NCBI GenBank assembly: GCA_030390025.1
Contig: JASTWF010000330.1
Span: 124,001-188,000 of the forward strand
Direction of reading: 5' to 3'
Source of the DNA: Squalus acanthias
Lineage: Eukaryota
DNA length: 64,000 nt
Both the position numbers and the translations under genes were made by a program. Shown here piece after piece: positions 12,232 through 22,479 of this stretch (positions are counted from its first letter, which is position 1; each line of letters begins with the position of its first letter). A model generated the notes under the pieces. The model saw nothing but the letters and a program-made list of their open reading frames with translations, did not search any database and was not told the origin of the DNA.

Positions 12232-13331
12232 CTTGAGGGGCTGAATGGCCTCCTCCTGTTCCGATGTAAGAGGGTCGATGGGCTGAATGGCCTCATCCTG
12301 TTCCTATGTAAGAGGGTCGATGGGGCTGAATGGCCTCCTCCTGTTCCTATGTAAGAGGGTCGATGGGGCTGAATGGGCCTCCTCCTGTTTCTATGTAAGA
12401 GGGTCGATGGGCTGAATGGCCTCCTCCTGTTCCTATGTAAGAGGGTCGATGGGCTGAATGGCCTCCTCCTGTTCCTATGTAAGAGGGTCGATGGGGCTGA
12501 ATGGCCTCCTCCTGTTCCGATGTAAGAGGGTCGATGGGGCTTAATGGGCCTCCTCCTGTTCCTATGTAAGAGGGTCGATGGGCTGAATGGCCTCCTCCTG
12601 TTCCTATGTAACAGGGTCGATGGGGCTGAATGGCCTCCTCCTGTTCCTATGTAACAGGCTCGAGGGGCTGAATGGGCCTCCTCCTGTTCCTATGTAACAG
12701 GGTCGATGGGGCTGAATGGCCTCCTCCTGTTCCTATGTAAGAGGGTCGATGGGGCTGAATGGCCTCCTCCTGTTCCTATGTAACAGGGTCGATGGGGCTG
12801 AATGGCCTCCTCCTGTTCCTGTGTAACAGACTCGATGGGCTGAATGGGCCTCCTCCTGTTCCTGTGTAACAGGCTCGAGGGGCTGAATGGGCCTCCTCCT
12901 GTTCCTGTGTAACAGACTCGATGGGCTGAATGGGCCTCCTCCTGTTCCTATGTAAGAGGGTCGATGGCTGAATGGCCTCCTCCTGTTCCTGTGTAACAGG
13001 GTCGAGGGGCTGAATGGGCCTCCTCCTGTTCCTGTGTAACAGGCTCGATGCGCTGAATGGCCTTCTCCTTTCCTAGTGTAATAGGCTCGAAGGGCTGAAT
13101 GGCCTCCTCCTGTTGTTTAACAGGCTTAAGGGACTGATTTGTCTCCTTCAGTTCCTGTATAACAGGTTCGAGGGGGTGAATAGCCTCCTCCTGTCCCTCT
13201 GTACCCAGCTTAAAAGGCTAATTGGCCTCGTCCTGTTCTTGTGTAACAGACTTAAGGGGCTGATTTGTCTCCTCCTGTTCCAATGTAAAAGGTTCGAGGA
13301 GCTGAAATGGCCTCCTCCTGTTCCTGTGTAA
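12232..13331 (+). repeat. 42-44-bp minisatellite derived from the CR1 3' tail (ggctcgaggggctgaatggcctcctcctgttcctatgtaaca)n
   Basis: The unit matches the CR1/SINE tail seen at 16328-16375, 27088-27130 and 29093-29140. Confidence 0.9.
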
Positions 13332-16300
13332 CTAGCATTTAAACTAGTATGGCAGGGGGCTAGAAACCTATGTAGTGAAATAGAGGAAAGTGAAAGGCAG
13401 ACAGAAATAAATGGTAAAAGGGTGAGGAACAAAAAACAAAGGGCCAAACTAATTCATAAAAAATGTGAGCATAAAAAAAGCCTGAGGGTTTTATACCTTA
13501 ATGCGAGAAGCATCAGGAACAAGGTAGATGAATTAGCTGTGGAAATAGAGGTTAATAATTATGATCTAATTGGGATTATGGAAACATGGTTGCAGGGTGA
13601 GCAGGGCTGGAAGCTTAACATACAGGGGTATTCAGTATTTAGGAAGGATCGACAAAAAAGAAAGGGAGGAGGGGTAGCATTGCTGGTAAAAGAGGGGATA
13701 AATGCAATTGAAAGGAAGGATATTAACTCAGTTAATACAGAATCTATATGGGTGGAGCTAAGAAATAGCGAGGGGCGAAAAACATTAATAGGAGTGGTAT
13801 ATAGGCCTCCAAATAGTAAAATAGAGGTTGGGGAGGGCATCACGAGGGAAATTAGAGAAGCGTGCAATAAGAGCACAGCTGTCATCATAGGTGACTTTAA
13901 CTTACATATAGATTGGAATAGCCTAATCAGTAAAAATAATGAGGAGGAGGAATTCCTTGAGTGTTTAAGGGATGGTTATCTGGATCAATATGTCGAGGAA
14001 CCAACTCGGGAACAGGCTATATTGGACTGGGTACTGTGCAATGAGAAGGGACTAATTAGTAATCTTGTTGTACGGGGACCCTTGGGTCAGAGCGATCATA
14101 ACATGATCAATTTCTCACTCGAAATGGAGAGCGAAGAAATTGACTCAGAGACTAAGGTCCTGAATTTAAACAAGGGGAATTATGATGCCATTAGACGGGA
14201 ACTGAGTAGGTCTGATTGGACAACGTTCCTGGGAGGACTGGAGGTAGATAAACAATGGCAAGCATTTAAAGATAGAATGACAAAATTGCAAAAATTGTTT
14301 ATACCAATCTGGCATAAAAGGAAATCTAAAAAGGTGACTCAACCGTGGATAACAGGGGAAATTAGAGACAGCATAAAATCCAAAGATAGGGCATATAAAA
14401 TAGCCAAAAAAAGCGCCAGAGCGGAAGATTGGGAACAGTTTAAGATAGAGCAAAGGAGGACAAAGGGCTTAATCAAGAGGGGCAAAATAGCTTACGAAAG
14501 CAAGCTGGCGGAAAATATAAAAACTAACTCCAAAAGCTTTTATAAGTATATCAAGAGGAAAAGACTGGTGAAAACCAAAGTTGGTCCATTGCAGTCAGAT
14601 ACGGGGGAATATATAACGGGAAATAAGGAAATGGCAGGCCAACTAAATGCATACTTTGGGTCAGTCTTTACGAAGGAAGACACAAATAACCTCCCTGGGA
14701 TATCGGGAAAAATAGGGACATTGGCAAAGGAGGAACTGACGCAAATCAATATCTCTAAGGATATGGTGTTAAGGAAGCTAAAGGGATTGAAGGCGGACAA
14801 ATCCCCAGGGCCTGATAACATGCATCCTAGGGTACTGAAGGAGGTGGCCCTAGAGATAGCGGATGCACTAAGTATGATTTTTCAGAATTCATTAGACTTG
14901 GGAACAGTGCCCATGGATTGGAGGGTAGCTAACGTTACCCCACTATTCAAAAAGGGGGGTAGGGAAAAAGCAGGTAATTACAGACCTGTAAGCCTTACAT
15001 CAGTTGTGGGCAAAATGCTGGAGTCCATCATTAAGGATGAAATAGCGGAGCACTTAGCAAATGGGGACAGGATAGGACAGAGCCAACATGGATTTACAAA
15101 GGGTAAATCGTGCTTGACTAATCTATTGGAATTTTTTGAGGGAGTAACTGGTAAAATAGATGGGGGAGAGCCAGTAGATGTGGTGTACCTGGACTTCCAA
15201 AAGGCCTTCGATAAGGTCCCACATAAAAGATTAGCATGGAAAATTGAAGCTCATGGGATAAAGGGGAAAGTATTGACGTGGATAGAGAACTGGCTGTCAG
15301 ATAGAAAACAGAGAGTTGGAATAAACGGCTCATTTTCTGAATGGCAGGCAGTAACAAGTGGGGTACCACAGGGATCTGTCCTGGGTCCCCAGCTGTTCAC
15401 AATTTACATTAATGACCTGGATCAGGGAGTCGGATGCAGCATTTCCAAATTTGCAGACGACACTAAACTAGGAGGGGGGGTGGGCTCAGAGGAGGAGACC
15501 AGGAAGCTCCAGAGCGATTTGGACAGACTGGGTGATTGGGCGGATAAATGGCAGATGCACTATAATGTGGACAAGTGCGAAGTTATCCACCTTGGGTGCA
15601 GGAACGGGAGGGCAAATTATTATTTAAATGGCAATAAATTGGGAGAGGGGGAAGTACAGAGAGACCTGGGTGTTCTTGTACACCAGTCACTGAAGGCGAG
15701 CATGCAGGTGCAACAGGCGGTCAAGAAGGCAAACGGTATGCTGGCCTTCATAGCAAAAGGGTTGGAATACAGGAACAGGGATTCCTTGCTGCAGCTGTAC
15801 AGGGCACTGGTGAGACCACACCTCGAGTACTGTGTACAGTTTTGGTCGCCTCATCTGAGGAAAGATGTTCTTGCCATGGAGGGGGTGCAGCGGCGATTCA
15901 CCAGGCTGATACCAGGAATGGCGGGATTGACCTATGAGGAGAGACTATGTAGTTTAGGGATGTACACACTGGAGTTTAGAAGATTGAGAGGGGACCTCAT
16001 AGAAGTGTATAAAATTCTGACAGGTCTAGACAGACTAGATGCAGAAGGAATGTTTCCCTTGGCGGGTGAGAACAGAACTAGAGGACATAATTTAAGGATA
16101 AGGGCTAAACCATTTAGGACAGAAATGAGGGGGAATTTCTTCACTCAGAGGGTGGTGAACCTGTGGAACTCATTGCCACAGAGGGCAGTGTACGCCAGCT
16201 CATTAAATATATTTAAGAGGGAATTAGATATATTTCTACAGGCAAAAGGGGTTAAGGGTTACGGAGAGAAGGCGGGGACGGGATACTGAATTGGAGGATC

Positions 16301-16390
16301 AGCCATGATCTCATTAAATGGCGGAGCAGGCTCGAAGGGCCGGATGGCCTTCTCCTGCTCCTATCTTCTATGTATCTATGTATCTATGTA
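13332..16390 (+). mobile_element. CR1 LINE, truncated at the ORF1/ORF2 boundary, with intact ORF2, 3' UTR and (tatctatg)n tail
   Basis: Begins at ..tttaaactagtatggcagggg (typical ORF1 end) and ends ..cttctatgtatctatgtatctatgt. Confidence 0.95.
13422..16289 (+). CDS. CR1 ORF2: APE-type endonuclease plus reverse transcriptase
   Basis: Uninterrupted 955-aa frame. EN motifs YLNARSI, ETWL, GGGVALLV, VYRPP, GDFN, LDWV, SDH. RT motifs NYRPVSLTS, QHGF, YLDFQKAFD, GVPQGSVLGP, FADD. Confidence 0.97.
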   Translation: MRNKKQRAKLIHKKCEHKKSLRVLYLNARSIRNKVDELAVEIEVNNYDLIGIMETWLQGEQGWKLNIQGYSVFRKDRQKRKGGGVALLVKEGINAIERKDINSVNTESIWVELRNSEGRKTLIGVVYRPPNSKIEVGEGITREIREACNKSTAVIIGDFNLHIDWNSLISKNNEEEEFLECLRDGYLDQYVEEPTREQAILDWVLCNEKGLISNLVVRGPLGQSDHNMINFSLEMESEEIDSETKVLNLNKGNYDAIRRELSRSDWTTFLGGLEVDKQWQAFKDRMTKLQKLFIPIWHKRKSKKVTQPWITGEIRDSIKSKDRAYKIAKKSARAEDWEQFKIEQRRTKGLIKRGKIAYESKLAENIKTNSKSFYKYIKRKRLVKTKVGPLQSDTGEYITGNKEMAGQLNAYFGSVFTKEDTNNLPGISGKIGTLAKEELTQINISKDMVLRKLKGLKADKSPGPDNMHPRVLKEVALEIADALSMIFQNSLDLGTVPMDWRVANVTPLFKKGGREKAGNYRPVSLTSVVGKMLESIIKDEIAEHLANGDRIGQSQHGFTKGKSCLTNLLEFFEGVTGKIDGGEPVDVVYLDFQKAFDKVPHKRLAWKIEAHGIKGKVLTWIENWLSDRKQRVGINGSFSEWQAVTSGVPQGSVLGPQLFTIYINDLDQGVGCSISKFADDTKLGGGVGSEEETRKLQSDLDRLGDWADKWQMHYNVDKCEVIHLGCRNGRANYYLNGNKLGEGEVQRDLGVLVHQSLKASMQVQQAVKKANGMLAFIAKGLEYRNRDSLLQLYRALVRPHLEYCVQFWSPHLRKDVLAMEGVQRRFTRLIPGMAGLTYEERLCSLGMYTLEFRRLRGDLIEVYKILTGLDRLDAEGMFPLAGENRTRGHNLRIRAKPFRTEMRGNFFTQRVVNLWNSLPQRAVYASSLNIFKRELDIFLQAKGVKGYGEKAGTGY

Positions 16391-16585
16391 AGCTCGAGAG
16401 GCTGAATGGCCTCCAACTATTGCTGGGAAATAGGCTCGAGAGGCTGAATGACCTCCTCCTGTTCCTGTGTAACAGGCTCAAGGGGCTGAATGGGCCTCCT
16501 CCTGTTCCTCTGTAACAGGCTCAAGGGGCTGAATGGCTTCCTCCTGTTCCTGTGTTACAGGCTCGAGGGGCTGAATTGCTTCCTG
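16390..16585 (+). repeat. Continuation of the CR1-tail minisatellite after the LINE insertion
   Basis: agctcgagaggctgaatggcctcc.. units resume immediately after the LINE tail. Confidence 0.85.
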
Positions 16586-16596
16586 AGGGTAGGATC

Positions 16597-16767
16597 ATCT
16601 CTCTTTGTCGCTTTGTCTCTATTTTTCTCTGTCTCTCTCTTTGTCTCTCTCTCTGTCCCTCTGGCGGTCTCTCTCTCTCACTCTCTCTCTCTCTCTCTCT
16701 GTGTCTCTCTCTGTCTCTCTCTCTGTGTGTGTGTGTCTCTCTCTCTCTCTGTCTCTCTGTCTCTCTC

Positions 16768-16823
<56 letters not shown>

Positions 16824-17115
16824 GCTCTGTCTCTCTCTCTGTCTCTGTGTGTGTGTGTGTCTCTCTCTGTCTGTCTCTCTCTCTCTCTCTGTCTCTCGCT
16901 CTGTCTCTCTGTCTCTCTCTGTTTCTCTCTGTGTGTGTCTCTCTCTGTCTCTGTCTGTCTGTCTCTTTCTCGCTGTCTCTCACTCTGTGTGTGTGTGTCT
17001 CTCTCTTGTCTCTCTCTCTTGTCTCTCTCTCTCTGTCTATCTCTCTCTCTGTCTCTCTCTCTCTCTCTCTGTCTGTCTCTCACTCTGTGTGTCTCTCTCT
17101 TGTCTCTCTCGCTTG

Positions 17116-17149
<34 letters not shown>

Positions 17150-17227
17150 TCTGTCTGTCTCTCTCTCTCTCTCTGTCTGTCTCTCTCCCTCTCTGTGTGT
17201 GTCTCTCTCTCCCCCCCTCTCTCTCTG

Positions 17228-17259
<32 letters not shown>

Positions 17260-17570
17260 TCACTGTGTGTGTGTCTCTCTCCCTCTCTGTCTCTCTCTCT
17301 CTCTCTCTCTCCCTCCCTCTCCGTGTCTCTCTCTCTCTCTCCCTCTCTCTCTGTCTCTCTCTCTCTCTCTCTCTCACTCTGTGTGTGTGTCTCTCTCGCT
17401 CCCTCTCTCTCTCTCTCTCCCTCTCTCACTCTGTCTCTCTCTCTCTCTGTCTCTGTCTGTCTGTATCTCTCTTTCTCGCTGTCTCTCTCTCTCTCACTCT
17501 GTGTGTCTCTCTCTCTCTCTGTGTCTCTCTCTTGTCTCTCTGTCGCTCTCTCTCCCTGTCTCTCTCTTCA
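16597..17570 (+). repeat. ~1-kb compound (CT)n/(GT)n microsatellite
   Basis: Direct inspection. Confidence 0.97.
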
Positions 17571-17619
17571 CTCGCCACCCTTGCTGCAACACTCATCCTT
17601 TGTCCTGTCTGTGATGTAG

Positions 17620-17715
17620 GTGAAGCTGATGTTGAAGGATCAATGTCCGGACATGGATTTCGATTTGAAACCGGATGACGTTGAGTGCTCGGTTGTGGAT
17701 CGTCCGAAAGAATGA
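17620..17715 (+). CDS. Gene A terminal coding exon, phase 0: VKLMLKDQCPDMDFDLKPDDVECSVVDRPKE*
   Basis: Acceptor tcctttgtcctgtctgtgatgtag, TGA at 17713-17715. Aligns to gene B terminal exon VRDMLKDHLPCKKLPLKFEDV. Confidence 0.82.
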   Translation: MKLMLKDQCPDMDFDLKPDDVECSVVDRPKE

Positions 17716-18743
17716 AGGCGACCGACCGTGTCAGCCAGTGCCCGGAGACTGAAATCCCGTCTCCGTGCGTTTTACTGCCTTGCTCCATTACTGCTCTGCC
17801 TTATTTTCGTTTTGTTTAACCCAAGGAAACTAGCAGCAAAGGGTTAATCTCCAACTAGGCGTGTGCTATTATATCGCTATTGATTCCTCTTCCAACTGGG
17901 TGTGGGAGCTTTAAGCCTTTGCTGGCTGTGTTAAATACCATCCCATTTTAAGTAGTGACCACTAGACAGATAAACCGAGACTGACCCTAGAGCTTTGGCC
18001 CGTTTCAGGATGAAGTAACCTCCTGCTCAATGTGCGAATTTAGTTACAGGCCTATCATGATTTATAGGTTCTTCAGCTTCAGGGAGCTGTCAGCACCGAT
18101 AATGGGTGCAAGAACAAAAAATTAGTCCTTGCCAAAGGGTAACCTCTGGGTAGATATCATCCTTTTAACTGGGGTTTCTGTAGAATGGGGGAAATTAATT
18201 GCTGCTGGAATTTACAGAATCAAACATAGACTTTATTTGGTGGAATGTGTGATAAGAGTGAAACGTGTGATAAGATGACAAAGTAAGGGAGTTATACTGA
18301 GCTCAGGAGCCCAAGGGGAAAGAGTAAGGAAAGCAGCTTTATTAACTGAAGTTACTGATAAGGGCCGGGTCCGATGAGATTCTCCCGATATGGAGTTGTA
18401 TTCCTGAGGAAGTGGAAAGCCAGATGTTTGCAGCTTCACTCACGCCAATCAATAGAAGTGTTGTAAATTACCCACTAGTCACCACTCTGCAGTGTAAAGA
18501 TTGAAACGGCACACGACAGCCACACGGGATCAGGGCTGTGTAGATCCCATTGATGGACATTTGGGCTAGGAATCCTGTTAGAAAGGTATGAATAGAATGG
18601 CAGACTGGAATGGGGATTTGGACTGCATGTTTTGATAGGCCTGAATACTGAGCTGAGGACTTAATGCGTTTGAGTCTCTGATCATGTTTTTAAATCCGAT
18701 TTTTAAGTGTATGTTTCAGCGCTATTGCATAATCTGCATGCTC

Positions 18744-18749
18744 AATAAA
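18744..18749 (+). terminator. Candidate AATAAA polyadenylation signal of gene A (3' UTR ~17716-18770)
   Basis: First AATAAA I found after ~1 kb of repeat-free sequence downstream of the stop codon. Confidence 0.5.
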
Positions 18750-18839
18750 TATATCAACGGTTAAACTGAACATTTCAAGAAACTTATTGATCTTGGAGGA
18801 ATGGCTCGATCATCTGATCATGGAAAACCTGCCTCTGCT

Positions 18840-19905
18840 AGTGAGGGGTGTGGGGTATATCAGTGTTACAGTGAGGGGTGTGGGGTATATCAGTGTTACA
18901 GTGAGGGGTGTGGGGTATATCAGTGTTACAGTGAGGGGTGTGGGGTATATCAGTGTTACAGTGAGGGGTGTGGGGTATATCAGTGTTACAGTGAGGGGTG
19001 TGGGGTATATCAGTGTTACAGTGAGGGAAGTGGGGTATATCAGCGTGTAACAGTGAGGGGTGTGAGGTATATCAGTGTTACAGTGAGGGGTGTGGGGTAT
19101 TTCAGTTTTACAGTGAGGGGTGTGGGGTATATCAGTGTTACGGTGAGGGGTGTGGGGTATATCAGTGTTACAGTGAGGGGTGTGGGGATATCAGTGTTAC
19201 AGTGAGGGGTGTGGGGTATATCAGTGTTACAGTGAGGGGTGTGGGGTATATCAGTGTTACAGTGAGGGGTGTGGGGTATATCAGTGTTACAGTGAGAGGT
19301 GTGGGGTATATCAGTGTTACAGTGAGGGGTGTGGGGTATATCAGTGTTACAGTGATGGGTGTGGGATATATCAGTGTTAGTGAGGGGTGTGGGGTATATC
19401 AGCGTGTAACAGTGAGGGGTGTGGGGTATATCAGTGTTACAGTGAGGGGTGTGGGGATATCAGTGTTACAGTGAGGTGTGTGGGGTATATCAGTGTTACA
19501 GTGAGGGGTGTGGGGTATATCAGTGTTACAGTGAGGGGTGTGGGGTGTATCAGAGTGTTACAGTGAGGGGTGTGGTGTATATCAGTATTACAGTGAGGGG
19601 TGTGGGGTGTATCAGAGTGTTACAGTGAGGGGTGTGGGGTATATCAGTGTTACAGTGAGGGGTGTGGGGTATATCAGTGTTACAGTGAGGGGTGTGGGGT
19701 ATATCAGTTTTACAGTGAGGGGTGTGGGGTATATCAGTGTTACAGTGAGGGGTGTGGGGTGTATCAGAGTGTTACAGTGAGGGGTGTGGTGTATATCAGT
19801 ATTACAGTGAGGGGTGTGGGGTATAGCAGTGTTACAGTGAGAGGTGTGGGGTATAGCAGTGTTACAGTGAGGGGTGTGGGGTATGTCAGTGTGTTACAGT
19901 GAGGT
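18840..19905 (+). repeat. 30-bp minisatellite (gtgaggggtgtggggtatatcagtgttaca)n
   Basis: Direct tandem units. Confidence 0.97.
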
Positions 19906-20075
19906 TTGTGGCGTATAAGGAACGCTCGCTGTTAAATGATTGGTGGGGGCTAGGATCAGATGGGAAGTCACTACAACCGGTGGGCCTATCCCACATTTGC
20001 AGCACCGAGTGCTTCTCCATTGTGTTCTGGTCAGTGCGGACACCTTGGCAATTGCACCTCACTCAAGAGGTTACA

Positions 20076-20705
20076 CAGGAAAAAGATTCGGCGATTCAGC
20101 CCATTGAGCTTGTTCCGCCGTTCAGTTCGATCATGGCTCACCTGTTTCTGAACCCCATCTACCCGCCTTCATTCCATGGCCATTAATACCCTTACCTAGC
20201 AAAAGTCTATCAATCTCAGTTTGGAAATTTTCCAATTGACTCCCGGCCTCCACAGCTTTTTGGGGGGAGAGAGTTCCAGATTTCCATTACCCTTTGTGTG
20301 AAAAAGTGAACTCCTGAACGGCCTGGCTCTAATTTTAAGGTGATGCCCCCTTGTTCTGGACTCACCCCCACCAGAGGAAATCGTTTCAGTCGATCTACCC
20401 TATCAAAGCCTTTAATCATCTTAAACACCTCGATAAGACCACCCCTCCCCCCCTTAATATTCTATACTCAAGGGAATACAAGCCTAGTCTATGCAACCTG
20501 ACCTCATAATTTAAACCTTTCACGGTCGGTATCATTCTGGTGCATCTGTGCTGTACCCTTCCCCACCCAACAACAATATATCCTTCCTGAGGTGCGGTGT
20601 CCAGGCCTAATACAGATGGGGTCTAACCAGAGCTTCACACAACTGTAGCATAACCTCCACCCGCCTGTACTCCCGCCCCTCTCGAGATAAAGGACAACAT
20701 TCCAT
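20076..20705 (-). mobile_element. Decayed CR1 3' fragment
   Basis: FKMIKGFDRVDR..FFTQRVMEIWNSLP, plus tail homology. Confidence 0.85.
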
Positions 20706-21007
20706 TTCAGTGAGCGGGAGGCCAATCTATGAAACAGGTTCCCCAGGGAGATGCCTGCTCTGCACATTAGAGAGATTTCTCTCAGGCATGGCCTCCATGG
20801 GGTCTCCCAGAGTGCAGCGGGATGGTGAGCCCGCGGGGGCTTTTCCCGGCCGCGCGGCATTGTGGGAGGGCGGGGCCGCCATTGGCCGCTCCCCTTGGAC
20901 CAGGCTGGAGAAGGACAGTCGGCGTCAAGGAGTCTCGGGCCACCGGTCGGCGGGAGATTCAGGGGATGGAGCCCGGACAGGAGCAATTCCCTTCTCCCGC
21001 TTCACCC

Positions 21008-21312
21008 GGGGGAATGGGAATGGGGGGAATGGGGGTGAATGGGGGGATGGGAATGGGGGGAATGGGTGGGGGGGAATGCGGCGGGTAATGGGAGAATGGG
21101 GATTTGGGGAGGGGGGATGAGGAGGGGATGGGGAGGGGGAGGGGAGAGGGGGGGAGAGCGGGGAGGGGGAATGGGGGTAGAATGGGTGGATGGGAATGGG
21201 GGGGATGGGGAGGAAGGGATGGGGAGGGGGAGAGGGGGAATGGGGTAGAATGCGGGGGGTGGGAATGGGGGGATGGGAATGTGGGGGATGGCGGGGGGGG
21301 GGGGGGGGGGTG
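21008..21312 (+). repeat. G-rich low-complexity tract (gggaatggggg-like), G-quadruplex prone
   Basis: Dozens of G3+ runs with short linkers. Confidence 0.8.
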
Positions 21313-21554
21313 GCCGACTTCTTCCTGTCGGGGACCCTCGGTGCCAGGACTTGACCTGTTCCAGGTATCTGGCACACAGGAAACCGCAGGACCAGGAAAG
21401 ATCCGACGGCAAAGCGCGGTCGCTGCCGGTTCTCCGTTGGACGGGCGGCGGGGCGGGTGGGGGGGCGGGGGCGGGGGGCGTTAGTGTAAAGCAGCTTCTC
21501 TGATCCAGTTAGATAACGAAGTGGTGCAGCAAGCTCACTAGATTTTAAACTCTT

Positions 21555-22478
21555 TGCTTTATTCTGTATCTAACCCGTGCTGTACCTGCCCTGGGAGTGT
21601 TTGATGGGACAGTGTAGAGGGAGCTTTACTCTGTATCTAACCCGTGCTGCACCTGCCCTGAGAGTGTTTGATGTGACAGTGTAGAGGGAGCTTTACTCTG
21701 TATCTAACCCGTGCTGTACCTGCCCTGGGAGTGTTTGATGGGACAGTGTAGAGGGAGCTTTACTCTGTATCTAACCCGTGCTGTACCTGCCCTGGGAGTG
21801 TTTGATGGGACAGTGTAGAGGGAGCTTTACTCTGTATCTAACCCGTGCTGCACCTGCCCTGAGAGTGTTTGATGTGACAGTGTAGAGGGAGCTTTACTCT
21901 GTATCTAACCCGTGCTGTACCTGCCCTGGGAGTGTTTGATGGGACAGTGTAGAGGGAGCTTTACTCTGTATCTAACCCGTGCTGTACCTGCCCTGGGGAT
22001 GTTTGATGGGGTCAGTGCAGCGGGAGCTTTAATCTGTATCTAACCCGTGCTGTACCTGCCCTGGGAGTATTTGATGAAATTGAGAGGTCGCACAACACCA
22101 GGTTATAGTCCAACAGTTTTATTTGAAATCACAAGCTTTCGGAGCTATCGATTTGCTCCTTCCTCAGGTGAAGTTTGATGGGACAGTGTAGAGGGAGTTT
22201 TACTCTGTATCTAACCCGTGCTGTACCTGCCCTGGGAGTGTTTGATGGGACAGTGTAGAGGGAGCTTTACTCTGTATCTAACCCGTGCTGTTCCTGCCCC
22301 GGGAGTGTTCATTGCACAGTGTAGAGGGAGCTTTACTCTGTATCTAACCCATGCTGTACCTGCCCCGGGAGTGTTTCATGGGACAGTCTAGAGGGAGCTT
22401 TATTCTGTATCTTACCTCGTGCTGTACCTGCCCCGGAAGTTTTTGATGGGACAGTGTAGCGGAAGCTTTACTCTGTAA
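21555..22478 (+). repeat. 67-bp minisatellite (ctttactctgtatctaacccgtgctgtacctgccctgggagtgtttgatgggacagtgtagagggag)n
   Basis: Period 67 (units start at 21624 and 21691); interrupted at ~22077-22173. Confidence 0.95.
22077..22173 (-). mobile_element. Short Penelope-like pLTR fragment containing a hammerhead motif
   Basis: Essentially identical to 31708-31800; flanked by duplicated tttgatg. Confidence 0.8.
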
Positions 22479-22479
22479 T

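Noticed and set aside
16490..17678. SL/ER-rich ORFs
   Set aside because: Translations of the (CT)n microsatellite.
18787..19902. Cys/Gly/Tyr-rich keratin-associated-like ORFs (YQCYSEGCGV)n
   Set aside because: Translation of the 30-bp minisatellite with frequent frameshifts and no splice context.
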